Part shown: positions 28,761-37,499 of the stretch, one piece after another
Layout of the letters: each line of letters begins with the position of its first letter
Numbering within the stretch: position 1 is the stretch's first letter
NCBI GenBank assembly: GCA_011364905.1
Contig: RDNZ01000009.1
Span: forward strand, 13,761 to 77,760
DNA from: Candidatus Thorarchaeota archaeon
Lineage (GTDB): Archaea; Asgardarchaeota; Thorarchaeia; Thorarchaeales; Thorarchaeaceae
Direction of reading: 5' to 3'
DNA: 64,000 nucleotides
Program-made: the position numbers and the translations under genes
The notes under the pieces: generated by a model
Told to the model about the DNA's origin: nothing
Seen by the model: only the letters and a program-made list of their open reading frames with translations
The model's database searches: none

Positions 28761-30236
28761 GTGACTAGCGAATTTCGATTCAAAGGCGTCTATCCCGCTC
28801 TTGTGACACCATTTGATAAGAATGGGGTTAATGAAAAGCAATATCGCAATCTCATAGATTTCACGATTAAAAATGGCGCTACTGGGATAGTCCCTTGCGG
28901 AACTACAGGTGAGTTCACGAGCATGCGATTCGAGGAAAAAGAAGAGGCTATCCGTATCGCGTGTAAAGCCGCAAAGGGTAGAGTTCCAGTGCTTGCGGGA
29001 ACAGGTCATGCGTATACCAACGATGCTATCAAACTAACTCGCAGAGCCGCTGAGTTTGGAGCCGCTGCGGCTCTCGTGGTCACTCCTTATTTCATGAAGC
29101 CATCCGAGAAGGAGATCTACGAACATTTCGAAAAAATCGCAAATAATAGTGATATTCCAATTATCGTTTACAACATCCCTCAGGTGACTGGTGTTCCTTT
29201 ACATTGGACTTTGATTGATGGTCTCAGAGAAATTGATGGAATTGTGGGCCTAAAAGATTCAAGTGGTGATCTAGTCAATTTAACAACGATTCTTGTACGT
29301 AAGCCTGATAATTTCCAAGTCATGGTCGGTCACGACGAGGTGGCCTTGCCAGCTTTGGCATCAGGCTGCAATGGTGCTATCCTTGCAAGCGCCAATGTTT
29401 TTCCTGACCGGTATATCAGGATGCAGAGTGCGCTTGCTACAGGCGATCTAAAAGAAGCTCGTATCATTCAGCGAAGCATTCAGAAAATTGTACGCATCTT
29501 TGTGAATAATGGTGGTGGTCTAGCCGTTAAGGCTGCACTAAACATGATGGGTGTACCAGTAGGCAATGCAAGACATCCACTTCTCATCGGAGATAGCCTC
29601 GGATATGAAATGCATGATGAGATTCGGACTTGTCTTGAAGACCTCCAAATGATTCCACGTGGATTTGTCACTTTCAAGATGGGCAACCGATATATTGAGA
29701 GTGAGACCTATCCCAAAGCAGTAGGCATGGTCCCGGATGTCGTTGAAGACTTGACTCTTTTGCATGGAGAAGCCCTCTTTGGCGGAGGCAATGATGTGGC
29801 ACATGTGGATTTGATCATGGGCTTGCGTTCTGGTCCTATGAGTGATGCATTGAAGACTGCTGGAAAAGTGACTGAAGGCTTTCACCAATCGAACATAATC
29901 AAAGAACTTGAGCTGACCACTATATTTGCACCCACTGTAACAATCACATCAGAAAGACACCGAAAGATGGTCTATGAAGTAGCTCAACGTGCAGTCGAAG
30001 ACGCTGTAAGACGGACAATCACTGACAATATTATCCCCGAGGAACTTGTTCGAGACCTTGTAATTGCAGCGAATGTTTTTGTTCATCCAAGTGCTGTAAA
30101 CAAAACTCGCGTTCATATTAACAACTTCATCGCAGTCCGACATGCCCTTCGAAGAGCCATTGAGGGACGTCAGAGTGTGGAGGAAATAATTGCTAGAAAG
30201 GACTCGGCGAGACATCCATTTGCCTATAATCCCTAG
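28761..30236 (+). CDS. DapA/NAL-family class I aldolase fused to a formaldehyde-activating enzyme (Fae) domain (paralogue B)
   Basis: GTTGEF, YNIP, GLKDSSG. C-terminal HGEALFGGGNDVAHVDLIMG...VFVHPSA...ARHPF matches Fae. Confidence 0.9.
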   Translation: MTSEFRFKGVYPALVTPFDKNGVNEKQYRNLIDFTIKNGATGIVPCGTTGEFTSMRFEEKEEAIRIACKAAKGRVPVLAGTGHAYTNDAIKLTRRAAEFGAAAALVVTPYFMKPSEKEIYEHFEKIANNSDIPIIVYNIPQVTGVPLHWTLIDGLREIDGIVGLKDSSGDLVNLTTILVRKPDNFQVMVGHDEVALPALASGCNGAILASANVFPDRYIRMQSALATGDLKEARIIQRSIQKIVRIFVNNGGGLAVKAALNMMGVPVGNARHPLLIGDSLGYEMHDEIRTCLEDLQMIPRGFVTFKMGNRYIESETYPKAVGMVPDVVEDLTLLHGEALFGGGNDVAHVDLIMGLRSGPMSDALKTAGKVTEGFHQSNIIKELELTTIFAPTVTITSERHRKMVYEVAQRAVEDAVRRTITDNIIPEELVRDLVIAANVFVHPSAVNKTRVHINNFIAVRHALRRAIEGRQSVEEIIARKDSARHPFAYNP

Positions 30237-31006
30237 TCATTCCCTGTCCTCGTGTATTTGCTTCCGCATGCTCTAATCAGGATGCCTATTGTCAGAATCG
30301 GTACGGAAAATGTGATTGTAACCATTTGACTAAGAAATGATGAAACAAGATAGATTGTAGGAAGGGTGTTTCCTATCATGAGAACAGTGAAGACCAAACT
30401 GGCCAAAACTGGAATGAGAAAAATCTTGAGTCCTATGCGATTCTTTTCGTATTGCCTTAGTGAGATGACCTGTAGGACTCCCAGTACGAATACAATGAAA
30501 CTAGGTATAAGCAAGGGAGTAGATGCAATAGTACGAATACCCGCCCCAGACCACCCTGTAAAGATGTAGTTGAACAATGGTGAAATCATCCCTGTTAAGC
30601 TGAATCCAACATAACCATTATAGAAACTCCCTCCTGGATATCCAAAGGTAAACACGCTTGGTAGGAAAAGCCCCGCATAGAGATGATAATTCCTGACTAC
30701 CTTTTGCGACCTGGACAGATTTCTGAAATCAAGGTACATGAGGATGAGATAAACTAGGGATCCAGACACAAGTAGTAATATGGCCAAATTTCGCCACCAA
30801 TAGTATCCAGGGTAGACTCTTGCTCCCCAATAATCTGCAATGGTTCCAGGACGAATCTCTATTCCCCAAAAATACGGGGTTGCATAGTTTGTAGAAACGC
30901 CTAGTGTGAACAATCCAAGCCCGAGTAGAATATAGAAGATCTTGTAGATTGAATTTAATATTTGGCCTCCTATCTTACTTCGTTGGCTCTCCAAATTTCT
31001 TACCAC
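30233..31006 (-). CDS. Multi-pass membrane protein of unknown function
   Basis: 257-aa hydrophobic ORF with about 6 TM segments; AT-richer than its neighbours. Confidence 0.7.
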   Translation of the reverse strand: MVRNLESQRSKIGGQILNSIYKIFYILLGLGLFTLGVSTNYATPYFWGIEIRPGTIADYWGARVYPGYYWWRNLAILLLVSGSLVYLILMYLDFRNLSRSQKVVRNYHLYAGLFLPSVFTFGYPGGSFYNGYVGFSLTGMISPLFNYIFTGWSGAGIRTIASTPLLIPSFIVFVLGVLQVISLRQYEKNRIGLKIFLIPVLASLVFTVLMIGNTLPTIYLVSSFLSQMVTITFSVPILTIGILIRACGSKYTRTGND

Positions 31007-31312
31007 ACGTTCTGTGTGGAAGGATTTGTCTTAAGTCTAATCTTAATTGAAGTCATTCTGACGGCCTGAAAATCTTATTGGCCATTTGTTAAGGCGAATA
31101 ATTCGTGCGTGTACTCTCAAAACTTGTTGTTTATGCTTATAGAAAATAGAAAATTGTAGTATTCAAGGAGATGTCATCAAATGCACTTTCAAGCCTTAAG
31201 AACGCATCCATTCGTCATGTTCGCCTATATATAGTACAAACGCTATCATAGTCATAAGTCTTGCATCCCTCTTAGACTGTCGCACCACCACGCATCCGTC
31301 GGAGTTACAAAA

Positions 31313-31480
31313 ATGGCTGAAACCTATGTCATTCCTATGGGCGACATTCCTTCGCGCAAGTTGAGGAAGACTGTGAAGGTCTTCATCAAGGAGGAAGATG
31401 TTTGCCTATATGATGATGGTGGACAGGAATTTGGAGTCAGTCTTGAGAAGAATCGACTCATACTAAAACCCGATCAGTGA
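31313..31480 (+). CDS. Small hypothetical protein, 55 aa (not in ORF track)
   Basis: GGAG SD upstream. MAETYVIPMGDIPSRKLRKTVKVFIKEEDVCLYDDGGQEFGVSLEKNRLILKPDQ has protein-like composition; hairpin at 31531-31549 downstream. Confidence 0.6.
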   Translation: MAETYVIPMGDIPSRKLRKTVKVFIKEEDVCLYDDGGQEFGVSLEKNRLILKPDQ

Positions 31481-31575
31481 ATGGCTACAGCAGGATCATA
31501 GATGTCCTACTCTCTCTACGAATTGCACTTGGGGTTTCAGCCAAACTCCGATAGCTATTTTTGATAACCTAAACG

Positions 31576-31655
31576 ATGTGGCAATTCTCAGCTTGCTCTT
31601 GGCTCGTCATCGCCGAAGCTCAGCCAGGGGTAACTGCCTCACGGAAATGCCACAT
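31576..31655 (+). other. Long intergenic stem-loop (possible structured RNA)
   Basis: ATGTGGCAATTC pairs with GAAATGCCACAT; TTGCTCTTGGCT pairs with AGCCAGGGGTAA (G-U pairs on the + strand). Confidence 0.45.
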
Positions 31656-31803
31656 AAAGAAAGTAGTCGCTTTCTCCTAAAAGTTGTATGCATTAATGAC
31701 ACTGGATTAAACACTGAATCTCACGGCATAGCGTGTACCTCAGTTGGTCCTGTATCATCGCGTATAGCAGTCACATTATATGAGTACGAGTTCGTTTTGA
31801 CAT

Positions 31804-32754
31804 ATGGTCAATTTTGAGCGACATAACCGAGAATCAATTGATGTTGATGAGCTGGCAACATTCACATTTGAGGCGTATGAAGCCCTTCCCATACCATACA
31901 AATATGGTGACACCAAGGAGAGGATTGCTGAATGGTTTAGAAACCCGAATGATTGTCCAGACTTCCTTTCGATCGCTAGAGAAAACGGAAAGATACGGGG
32001 TTGGTCAGGAGTCTATCATTGGACTGATTCAATGGCCTACTTTCTGGCATGGCACCCACTTGTCTATCCTCCTGACATTGAGATTGGGTCACACTTGGTT
32101 CAAAACTGCATAGAGTATACTAACTCATCTGGAAGAGAAAGAATGGAGGTCTTCTTGATGGAACTGACAGATGAACACCGTGACTATGCAGCAACTTGTG
32201 GGGAAATGTACACTGCTGCTGGTATGAAACGAGGATATGAATGGACCTTCATGGATGCCGATTTGAAGAATCTCGATTTCAGACTTCGAGAGATTCCAGA
32301 GAGTATGCACATCAAATCACTTGTCGAGGTCACTAACGACGAGCTCTGGTCAGATTACGATAGAGCCTTTTCCGCAGGTGGAGACAGAAGATATCTGACA
32401 CAGTCTGTAGTACAACGCCGTGAACAGTTTGACTCATTCTTCTCCAGAAATGTGGCGTATGAAAGGGACGCTTCAATTGTACTCTTTGATGGTGAGAAGA
32501 TTGTCAGCTTTGTTAAGATAGACATTCACAATGACTATCTATTCGTTCACGGTATCGGAGTCGTTCCTGAGTATAGTAGACAGGGATTTGCTAAGTATGT
32601 TCTTGGTACAAGTATGATACGAGCGGCTGAGAATGGGCACTCGCTGATGAAACTCGAGGTTGATATTGGAAATCAAGGTGCTATCAGTCTTTACGAGCGA
32701 CTTGGTTTCAAGCACATGAAGGGTTCTATCAGTTATATCTGGGAGAAAGCATAA
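31804..32754 (+). CDS. Tandem GNAT acetyltransferase
   Basis: IGVVPEYSRQGFAK, LEVDIGNQGAISLYERLGF; degenerate N-terminal GNAT domain. Confidence 0.88.
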   Translation: MVNFERHNRESIDVDELATFTFEAYEALPIPYKYGDTKERIAEWFRNPNDCPDFLSIARENGKIRGWSGVYHWTDSMAYFLAWHPLVYPPDIEIGSHLVQNCIEYTNSSGRERMEVFLMELTDEHRDYAATCGEMYTAAGMKRGYEWTFMDADLKNLDFRLREIPESMHIKSLVEVTNDELWSDYDRAFSAGGDRRYLTQSVVQRREQFDSFFSRNVAYERDASIVLFDGEKIVSFVKIDIHNDYLFVHGIGVVPEYSRQGFAKYVLGTSMIRAAENGHSLMKLEVDIGNQGAISLYERLGFKHMKGSISYIWEKA

Positions 32755-32869
32755 CCATGCAGTTGGAGATCCTGCTAGAACGCATCCCTTGTTTTTCAAA
32801 CTGACATTGTGTCTAATCAGTAACGTTCATAGAGGAGAATGCGTTTGAGAGCCGTTGGAGTTAGTCCAA

Positions 32870-33997
32870 ATGAATCAATCTCGAGTTCTTTCTCTTTTGA
32901 AAGAATTGGTTTCTACAAACTCAGAGAACCCTCCCGGACACGAGGCCGATGTTGCGAAAATTCTCCGTGATCATATGGACGCCCATGGAATATCGTGTGC
33001 ATCTATTGGTCCTTCTGAGCGTCCAAATCTCATCTTCTCAAGTCATGATCAACAAAAAGGAGACCTGATCATACACGGTCACATGGACACAGTGCCAGCT
33101 GGTCCTCCTGAAAACTGGACTCACGATCCCTTCTCCTCCAAAATTGTTGACGGAAGACTATACGGACGAGGGGCCTGTGACATGAAAGGCTCTTTAGCGG
33201 CGCTTGCAGAAACATTGATTCTTTACTCTCAGGAGCAGCACAACAAACCTCTCTTGTTCTTGGCTACATCAGATGAAGAGAGTGGCTGCTCAGGAGCTGA
33301 AAGAGTAGCTGCGAGCAGTCATCTTAATGGTGTCCGGTTTGGAGTTTGCGCCGAACCCACTGGTCTGCAGGTTCTCATTGGTGAAAAGGGAATGTTCTGG
33401 TCAAAAGTTGTGGCAAAAGGCAAAGCAGCGCACGGCTCAAGACCTACAGAAGGCATCAATGCGATACAGGTATGTATGGATGCGATTCGAGTGCTCACGA
33501 ATAAGCAGTATGCATTTGATCACCAAGAAGTCCTTGGAGTCCCTACCTTCAATATTGGTGTCATTCAAGGAGGAATAAAGATCAATGTAGTGCCTGACAG
33601 TTGCGAGGCATTGCTGGATATGCGTACAGTCATTGGCCAAGATCCAGAATCACTCCTGAAAGAGATGAATGATCGGCTTGTTCTAGAGGGGCTTTCTGAT
33701 AGGGTCAAAGTTGAATATGTTCATGGCAAGCCCGCTGTTCTAACACCTATGGACTCCGAGATAGTCAGCGTAGCTAAATCGACTGTCGAACGCATAACAA
33801 GTGAATCTACCACATTAGGTGCAGCAACCTATGGGACGGATTGCTCAGTATTACAACCAAAAGTTGGTATACAAAACGTGATCTGCGGTCCCGGTTCCAT
33901 AGAGCAGGCCCACCAGCCTGACGAATTTATCTCACTTGATGAACTCTACCAATCAATTGACATCTACCTAGAAATAGCTCGGTATTTCGACAAGTAA
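32870..33997 (+). CDS. M20 metallopeptidase (ArgE/DapE family)
   Basis: HGHMDTVP, GRGACDMKG, DEE, AEPT, GKAAHGS, AHQPDE. Confidence 0.92.
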   Translation: MNQSRVLSLLKELVSTNSENPPGHEADVAKILRDHMDAHGISCASIGPSERPNLIFSSHDQQKGDLIIHGHMDTVPAGPPENWTHDPFSSKIVDGRLYGRGACDMKGSLAALAETLILYSQEQHNKPLLFLATSDEESGCSGAERVAASSHLNGVRFGVCAEPTGLQVLIGEKGMFWSKVVAKGKAAHGSRPTEGINAIQVCMDAIRVLTNKQYAFDHQEVLGVPTFNIGVIQGGIKINVVPDSCEALLDMRTVIGQDPESLLKEMNDRLVLEGLSDRVKVEYVHGKPAVLTPMDSEIVSVAKSTVERITSESTTLGAATYGTDCSVLQPKVGIQNVICGPGSIEQAHQPDEFISLDELYQSIDIYLEIARYFDK

Positions 33998-34093
33998 GAA
34001 CACAGTAGTCTCATCAGGAATAACCTTAAAGTTATCATTGTATGTGGAACAACACACTGATGTAGTCTACAAACATCAGAGGGGCAACAAGGA

Positions 34094-34618
34094 ATGCAGC
34101 TACAACAGATTATCGATTTACTGCTTGAGATCATTATTAGCCCGCTTTTTCTGTTCCTAGTCATTATGATCATTGTTGTGTTGGCAGCGCGACGCATTTC
34201 GAGGTCTAAATCCTCTTCGTCAATTCCGGTTGTGAAACAAATTCGGAGAATGACCGCTCAACTGGATAAAGGGAAAGACCTCACAGATCCCTCAGTATCC
34301 ACTCGTGATGACATCATCACCAAGAAGTTCAATTTACAGATGAAAGCACTAGGTCTTGAGCCCGCAACTGATAGTGGCTATATTCCAGTTTCACATACGC
34401 CTCTCGCTCGATTCCTCCAAGAACGAGGAGTTCAAGAAGACACGGTGAGTGCAATTCTTGCAGGTCTGTTGGAGGAAAACAGTGAAGATGATGTGCGCGA
34501 GATCATATCGGCTGCAGCAGAAAGTCCTGGTGTTGACCTTACGGGAACGGAACTAGAGAAAGCGCAAGACCTCGCTGTAAACGAATGGACAAACGCGCGT
34601 CGAATGAGGGAAACCTAG
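34094..34618 (+). CDS. Single-pass membrane-anchored hypothetical protein
   Basis: N-terminal TM segment followed by RRISR and a helical soluble domain. Confidence 0.75.
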   Translation: MQLQQIIDLLLEIIISPLFLFLVIMIIVVLAARRISRSKSSSSIPVVKQIRRMTAQLDKGKDLTDPSVSTRDDIITKKFNLQMKALGLEPATDSGYIPVSHTPLARFLQERGVQEDTVSAILAGLLEENSEDDVREIISAAAESPGVDLTGTELEKAQDLAVNEWTNARRMRET

Positions 34619-34630
34619 GGGATCCATTGA

Positions 34631-35353
34631 ATGACTGAACTTCTCCACATGAAGGATAACTATCTACAACAGTTTGATTGCAGGGTCGATGCAGTTGGCA
34701 ACGACTATGTTGTTTTGAATAGAACCGCTTTCTATCCAGAGGGCGGAGGACAAACGTCTGATAAGGGAACATTGACTGACGGGTCAAGGACCGTGAAAGT
34801 CATAGAAGTAAAGAAGGTGCAGGGCCAGATACAACACAGGATTGACGGCACGCCTTTCGAGAAAGGCGTTGAACTACATGGCGAACTTGATTGGGCAAGG
34901 CGATACGAGAACATGCGATTCCATACTTGTCAGCATGTGCTTTCCAGGTATTTGCAGATTAACTACAATGTCGAAACAAAAGGCAATAACATCAAACCAG
35001 GTGAGAGCCGAGCTGATTATACTCCCTTAGAATCATTTGATGATGAAATGAAACGCACTGTTGAAGCAGGCGTGAATGAAATTCTGGATCAAAACCTCAG
35101 TGTGGAAATCAGATTCATGCCTAGAGAGGAAGCAATCTCTTTCCTTACAGAACGAAATTACCAAACTCGATACCTTGAGATGGTTCCCAAATCCGTTAAG
35201 GAGTTTAGAGTTTTGATAATCGGTGATTATGACGTTGCATCTTGTGCAGGGACGCATGTCAAAAACACAAGTGAGATTGGTCATATTCAGATTGGCAAGT
35301 CCAAGAATGTTGGAGCCGGTGTGCGACGAATCTACTTCAGGCTGATTCACTAG
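34631..35353 (+). CDS. alaXM: Alanyl-tRNA editing protein AlaX (AlaX-M)
   Basis: TAFYPEGGGQ, MRFHTCQH (HxxxH), CAGTHV. Confidence 0.92.
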   Translation: MTELLHMKDNYLQQFDCRVDAVGNDYVVLNRTAFYPEGGGQTSDKGTLTDGSRTVKVIEVKKVQGQIQHRIDGTPFEKGVELHGELDWARRYENMRFHTCQHVLSRYLQINYNVETKGNNIKPGESRADYTPLESFDDEMKRTVEAGVNEILDQNLSVEIRFMPREEAISFLTERNYQTRYLEMVPKSVKEFRVLIIGDYDVASCAGTHVKNTSEIGHIQIGKSKNVGAGVRRIYFRLIH

Positions 35354-35420
35354 TACCATTATGCATCACTGCTAACAGTTTTATGCGCCATAGTGTTGAC
35401 TAGTTACAGTGTGAGTCACA

Positions 35421-36716
35421 ATGAAGGCACTCGTGCTAACTGCTGGGGAAGGTCAACGCCTACGACCTCTCACCACTAATCGCTCAAAGTCAATGCTGAT
35501 GATTGCAGGACGACCAGTCCTTCAATATATCATAGATAGCCTCATCGAAAACGACATTCGGGATATTGTCATTGTTGTTGGTCATGGACGCGAAGAGCTC
35601 ATCGATCACTTTCAAATGGGTGGAGATTTCGGTGTCAGGATTCGTTACATGATACAGCACCAACAGAAGGGCGTGGAACACGCTATTTTGACCGCTCGGG
35701 AAGAACTCGAAGGAGAAGAGGAATTCCTGCTTGTCAATGGTGATGTACTCGTAGAACCCGAGATGGTCAGTCGCACGCTCAGTACTCACAAGACCCTGGG
35801 CGGGGCTGTCACTATGCTCGTAACATTAGTGTCGAATCCAGAGCAGTTTGGTACGGTGAAACTTGGGCCAAATGGGATTGTAGAGAAGCTGGTGGAGAAA
35901 GGTGGTCCAGACCGGTATGTCAGCAATTATGCTGTTGCGGGAGTTTCAGTCTTCAATACTGAAGTGTTGCCTCTATTAGAGAAACACGGTGCGATGGAAC
36001 TTGCTTTTGAAGAGTACATCAAGAGTGGAAATCAAGTTTCAGCAACTGTCTGGGAAAAAGAATGGGCGGAGTTCACCTGGCCTTGGGATATACTCGATGC
36101 TAACAAGATTGTGATGGATCGTTTACTCAAAGGCAAGGGCAGCTACATCGCAGAATCAGCAGATGTTCACCCAAGTGTTGTAATAGAAGGATCTGTCTAC
36201 ATTGACGAAGGTAGTATCATTCGGCCTAACACTACTCTCAGAGGCCCTATCTATATCGGGAAAAACGTGTATGTTGGCAACAACTCGTTGATTCGAGACT
36301 ATAGCAGTCTTTGTGATGGTGTGCGAATTGGGTATGCTGTTGAAATGAGAAACAGCATGGTCTTTGAACGAGTCAATATTGGACGAATGACATACCTCGC
36401 AGACTCGATTATTGGGGCTGACACTTGTATCGAAGCGGGTGCGCAACTATGGAATTGGCGACCAGGTTTGGAACCGCTGTATCTCAAACAAGAGAACGAA
36501 AAAGTACAGGTTCCGCTGCGCAAATTTGGAGTCATTGTGGGTGACAATGTTGTTATTGGCGTAAATGCGTCAATATACCCTGCTACTAGGATTGGAGAGG
36601 ACAGCATGATATCTGCAGGTTGTGTTGTTGAAGAAGATATACCGCCACAGAGCAATGTGACACTGAAACAGAAACTAGTAGTATCAAAAAGAAAGGACCT
36701 CAAAAGTTGCGACTAG
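35421..36716 (+). CDS. Sugar-1-phosphate nucleotidylyltransferase/acetyltransferase (archaeal GlmU-like)
   Basis: LTAGEGQRLRPLT, NGD, PWDILDAN, C-terminal hexapeptide LbH repeats. Confidence 0.9.
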   Translation: MKALVLTAGEGQRLRPLTTNRSKSMLMIAGRPVLQYIIDSLIENDIRDIVIVVGHGREELIDHFQMGGDFGVRIRYMIQHQQKGVEHAILTAREELEGEEEFLLVNGDVLVEPEMVSRTLSTHKTLGGAVTMLVTLVSNPEQFGTVKLGPNGIVEKLVEKGGPDRYVSNYAVAGVSVFNTEVLPLLEKHGAMELAFEEYIKSGNQVSATVWEKEWAEFTWPWDILDANKIVMDRLLKGKGSYIAESADVHPSVVIEGSVYIDEGSIIRPNTTLRGPIYIGKNVYVGNNSLIRDYSSLCDGVRIGYAVEMRNSMVFERVNIGRMTYLADSIIGADTCIEAGAQLWNWRPGLEPLYLKQENEKVQVPLRKFGVIVGDNVVIGVNASIYPATRIGEDSMISAGCVVEEDIPPQSNVTLKQKLVVSKRKDLKSCD

Positions 36717-36727
36717 CATGTTTGTTC

Positions 36728-37384
36728 TTACTCACTAAGAAATTCTCCCACTAGGACCTCATCGGCATATACATAGATAGTTGAGTTGCGTTCTATTATT
36801 TTAATATCGGGTTCCTTGATTGCACTTGGTAACATGAACCGATGGCCTTCAACAATTATTGTTGATCTTTTTGGTTCCTCATGAATTAGAGTGTCATGGG
36901 TTGTTTTCCGGACGTCCTTTTCTCTTGATGGAATTATTCCTACCTCTGAAAGGAGAGAATCTAATTGCTGAACCTCAAGCTCAGTCATCTGAGATCTAAT
37001 GGATTTGTAACCGAGGTATCTGTCCTTGCCACGTCTTATTACATGATCCTCGTATTTTCCTGCGAACAATCTCTCAATTGCGAGATAAGGCCCTAAGCCT
37101 CTTCTAATAGAATCATTGTCAGTCGTGAGTTCACTCGTTCCCCCTCTTGACTGCGCAGGATGGCTAAGTTCATGCGAGATAAGCCCTAGGATACCCGACT
37201 CATGCCAAGCTTTCACATCATTATTGACTCTTATCGAAATCCTTTCCTTTGTTTCATCCCAATAGATTTGAGCAAAGCTTGATGTCCTACCCCATGTAAC
37301 TTGCAAATTAGAATTGATAAGCTCAGGATATGCGTGAAACACCAGAGTATTGGCCAATGCATGAATGTCTGGAACCCTCGGCAC
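36728..37384 (-). CDS. Hypothetical protein with HExxH zinc-metalloprotease motif
   Basis: GLISHELSH followed by E..TD..SIRRGLG. Confidence 0.65.
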   Translation of the reverse strand: MPRVPDIHALANTLVFHAYPELINSNLQVTWGRTSSFAQIYWDETKERISIRVNNDVKAWHESGILGLISHELSHPAQSRGGTSELTTDNDSIRRGLGPYLAIERLFAGKYEDHVIRRGKDRYLGYKSIRSQMTELEVQQLDSLLSEVGIIPSREKDVRKTTHDTLIHEEPKRSTIIVEGHRFMLPSAIKEPDIKIIERNSTIYVYADEVLVGEFLSE

Positions 37385-37499
37385 CGCTCTAAACTCTCTA
37401 TTGATTTCTCTTGAAAAAGCAACAAATGAGCATCTTTAAAAGTCAAACTCCAGCTTTCGGCCGTGAACCTAGCAACAAGTACCTAGGAGAGTAATTACT

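Noticed and set aside
27358-30236. Plain dapA lysine-biosynthesis annotation
   Set aside because: Both copies lack the DHDPS Arg after YNxP, both carry Fae domains, and there is no dapB or asd nearby.
31578-31817. 79-aa ORF upstream of the GNAT gene
   Set aside because: No SD or recognisable motif, and it overlaps a long hairpin and the GNAT start.
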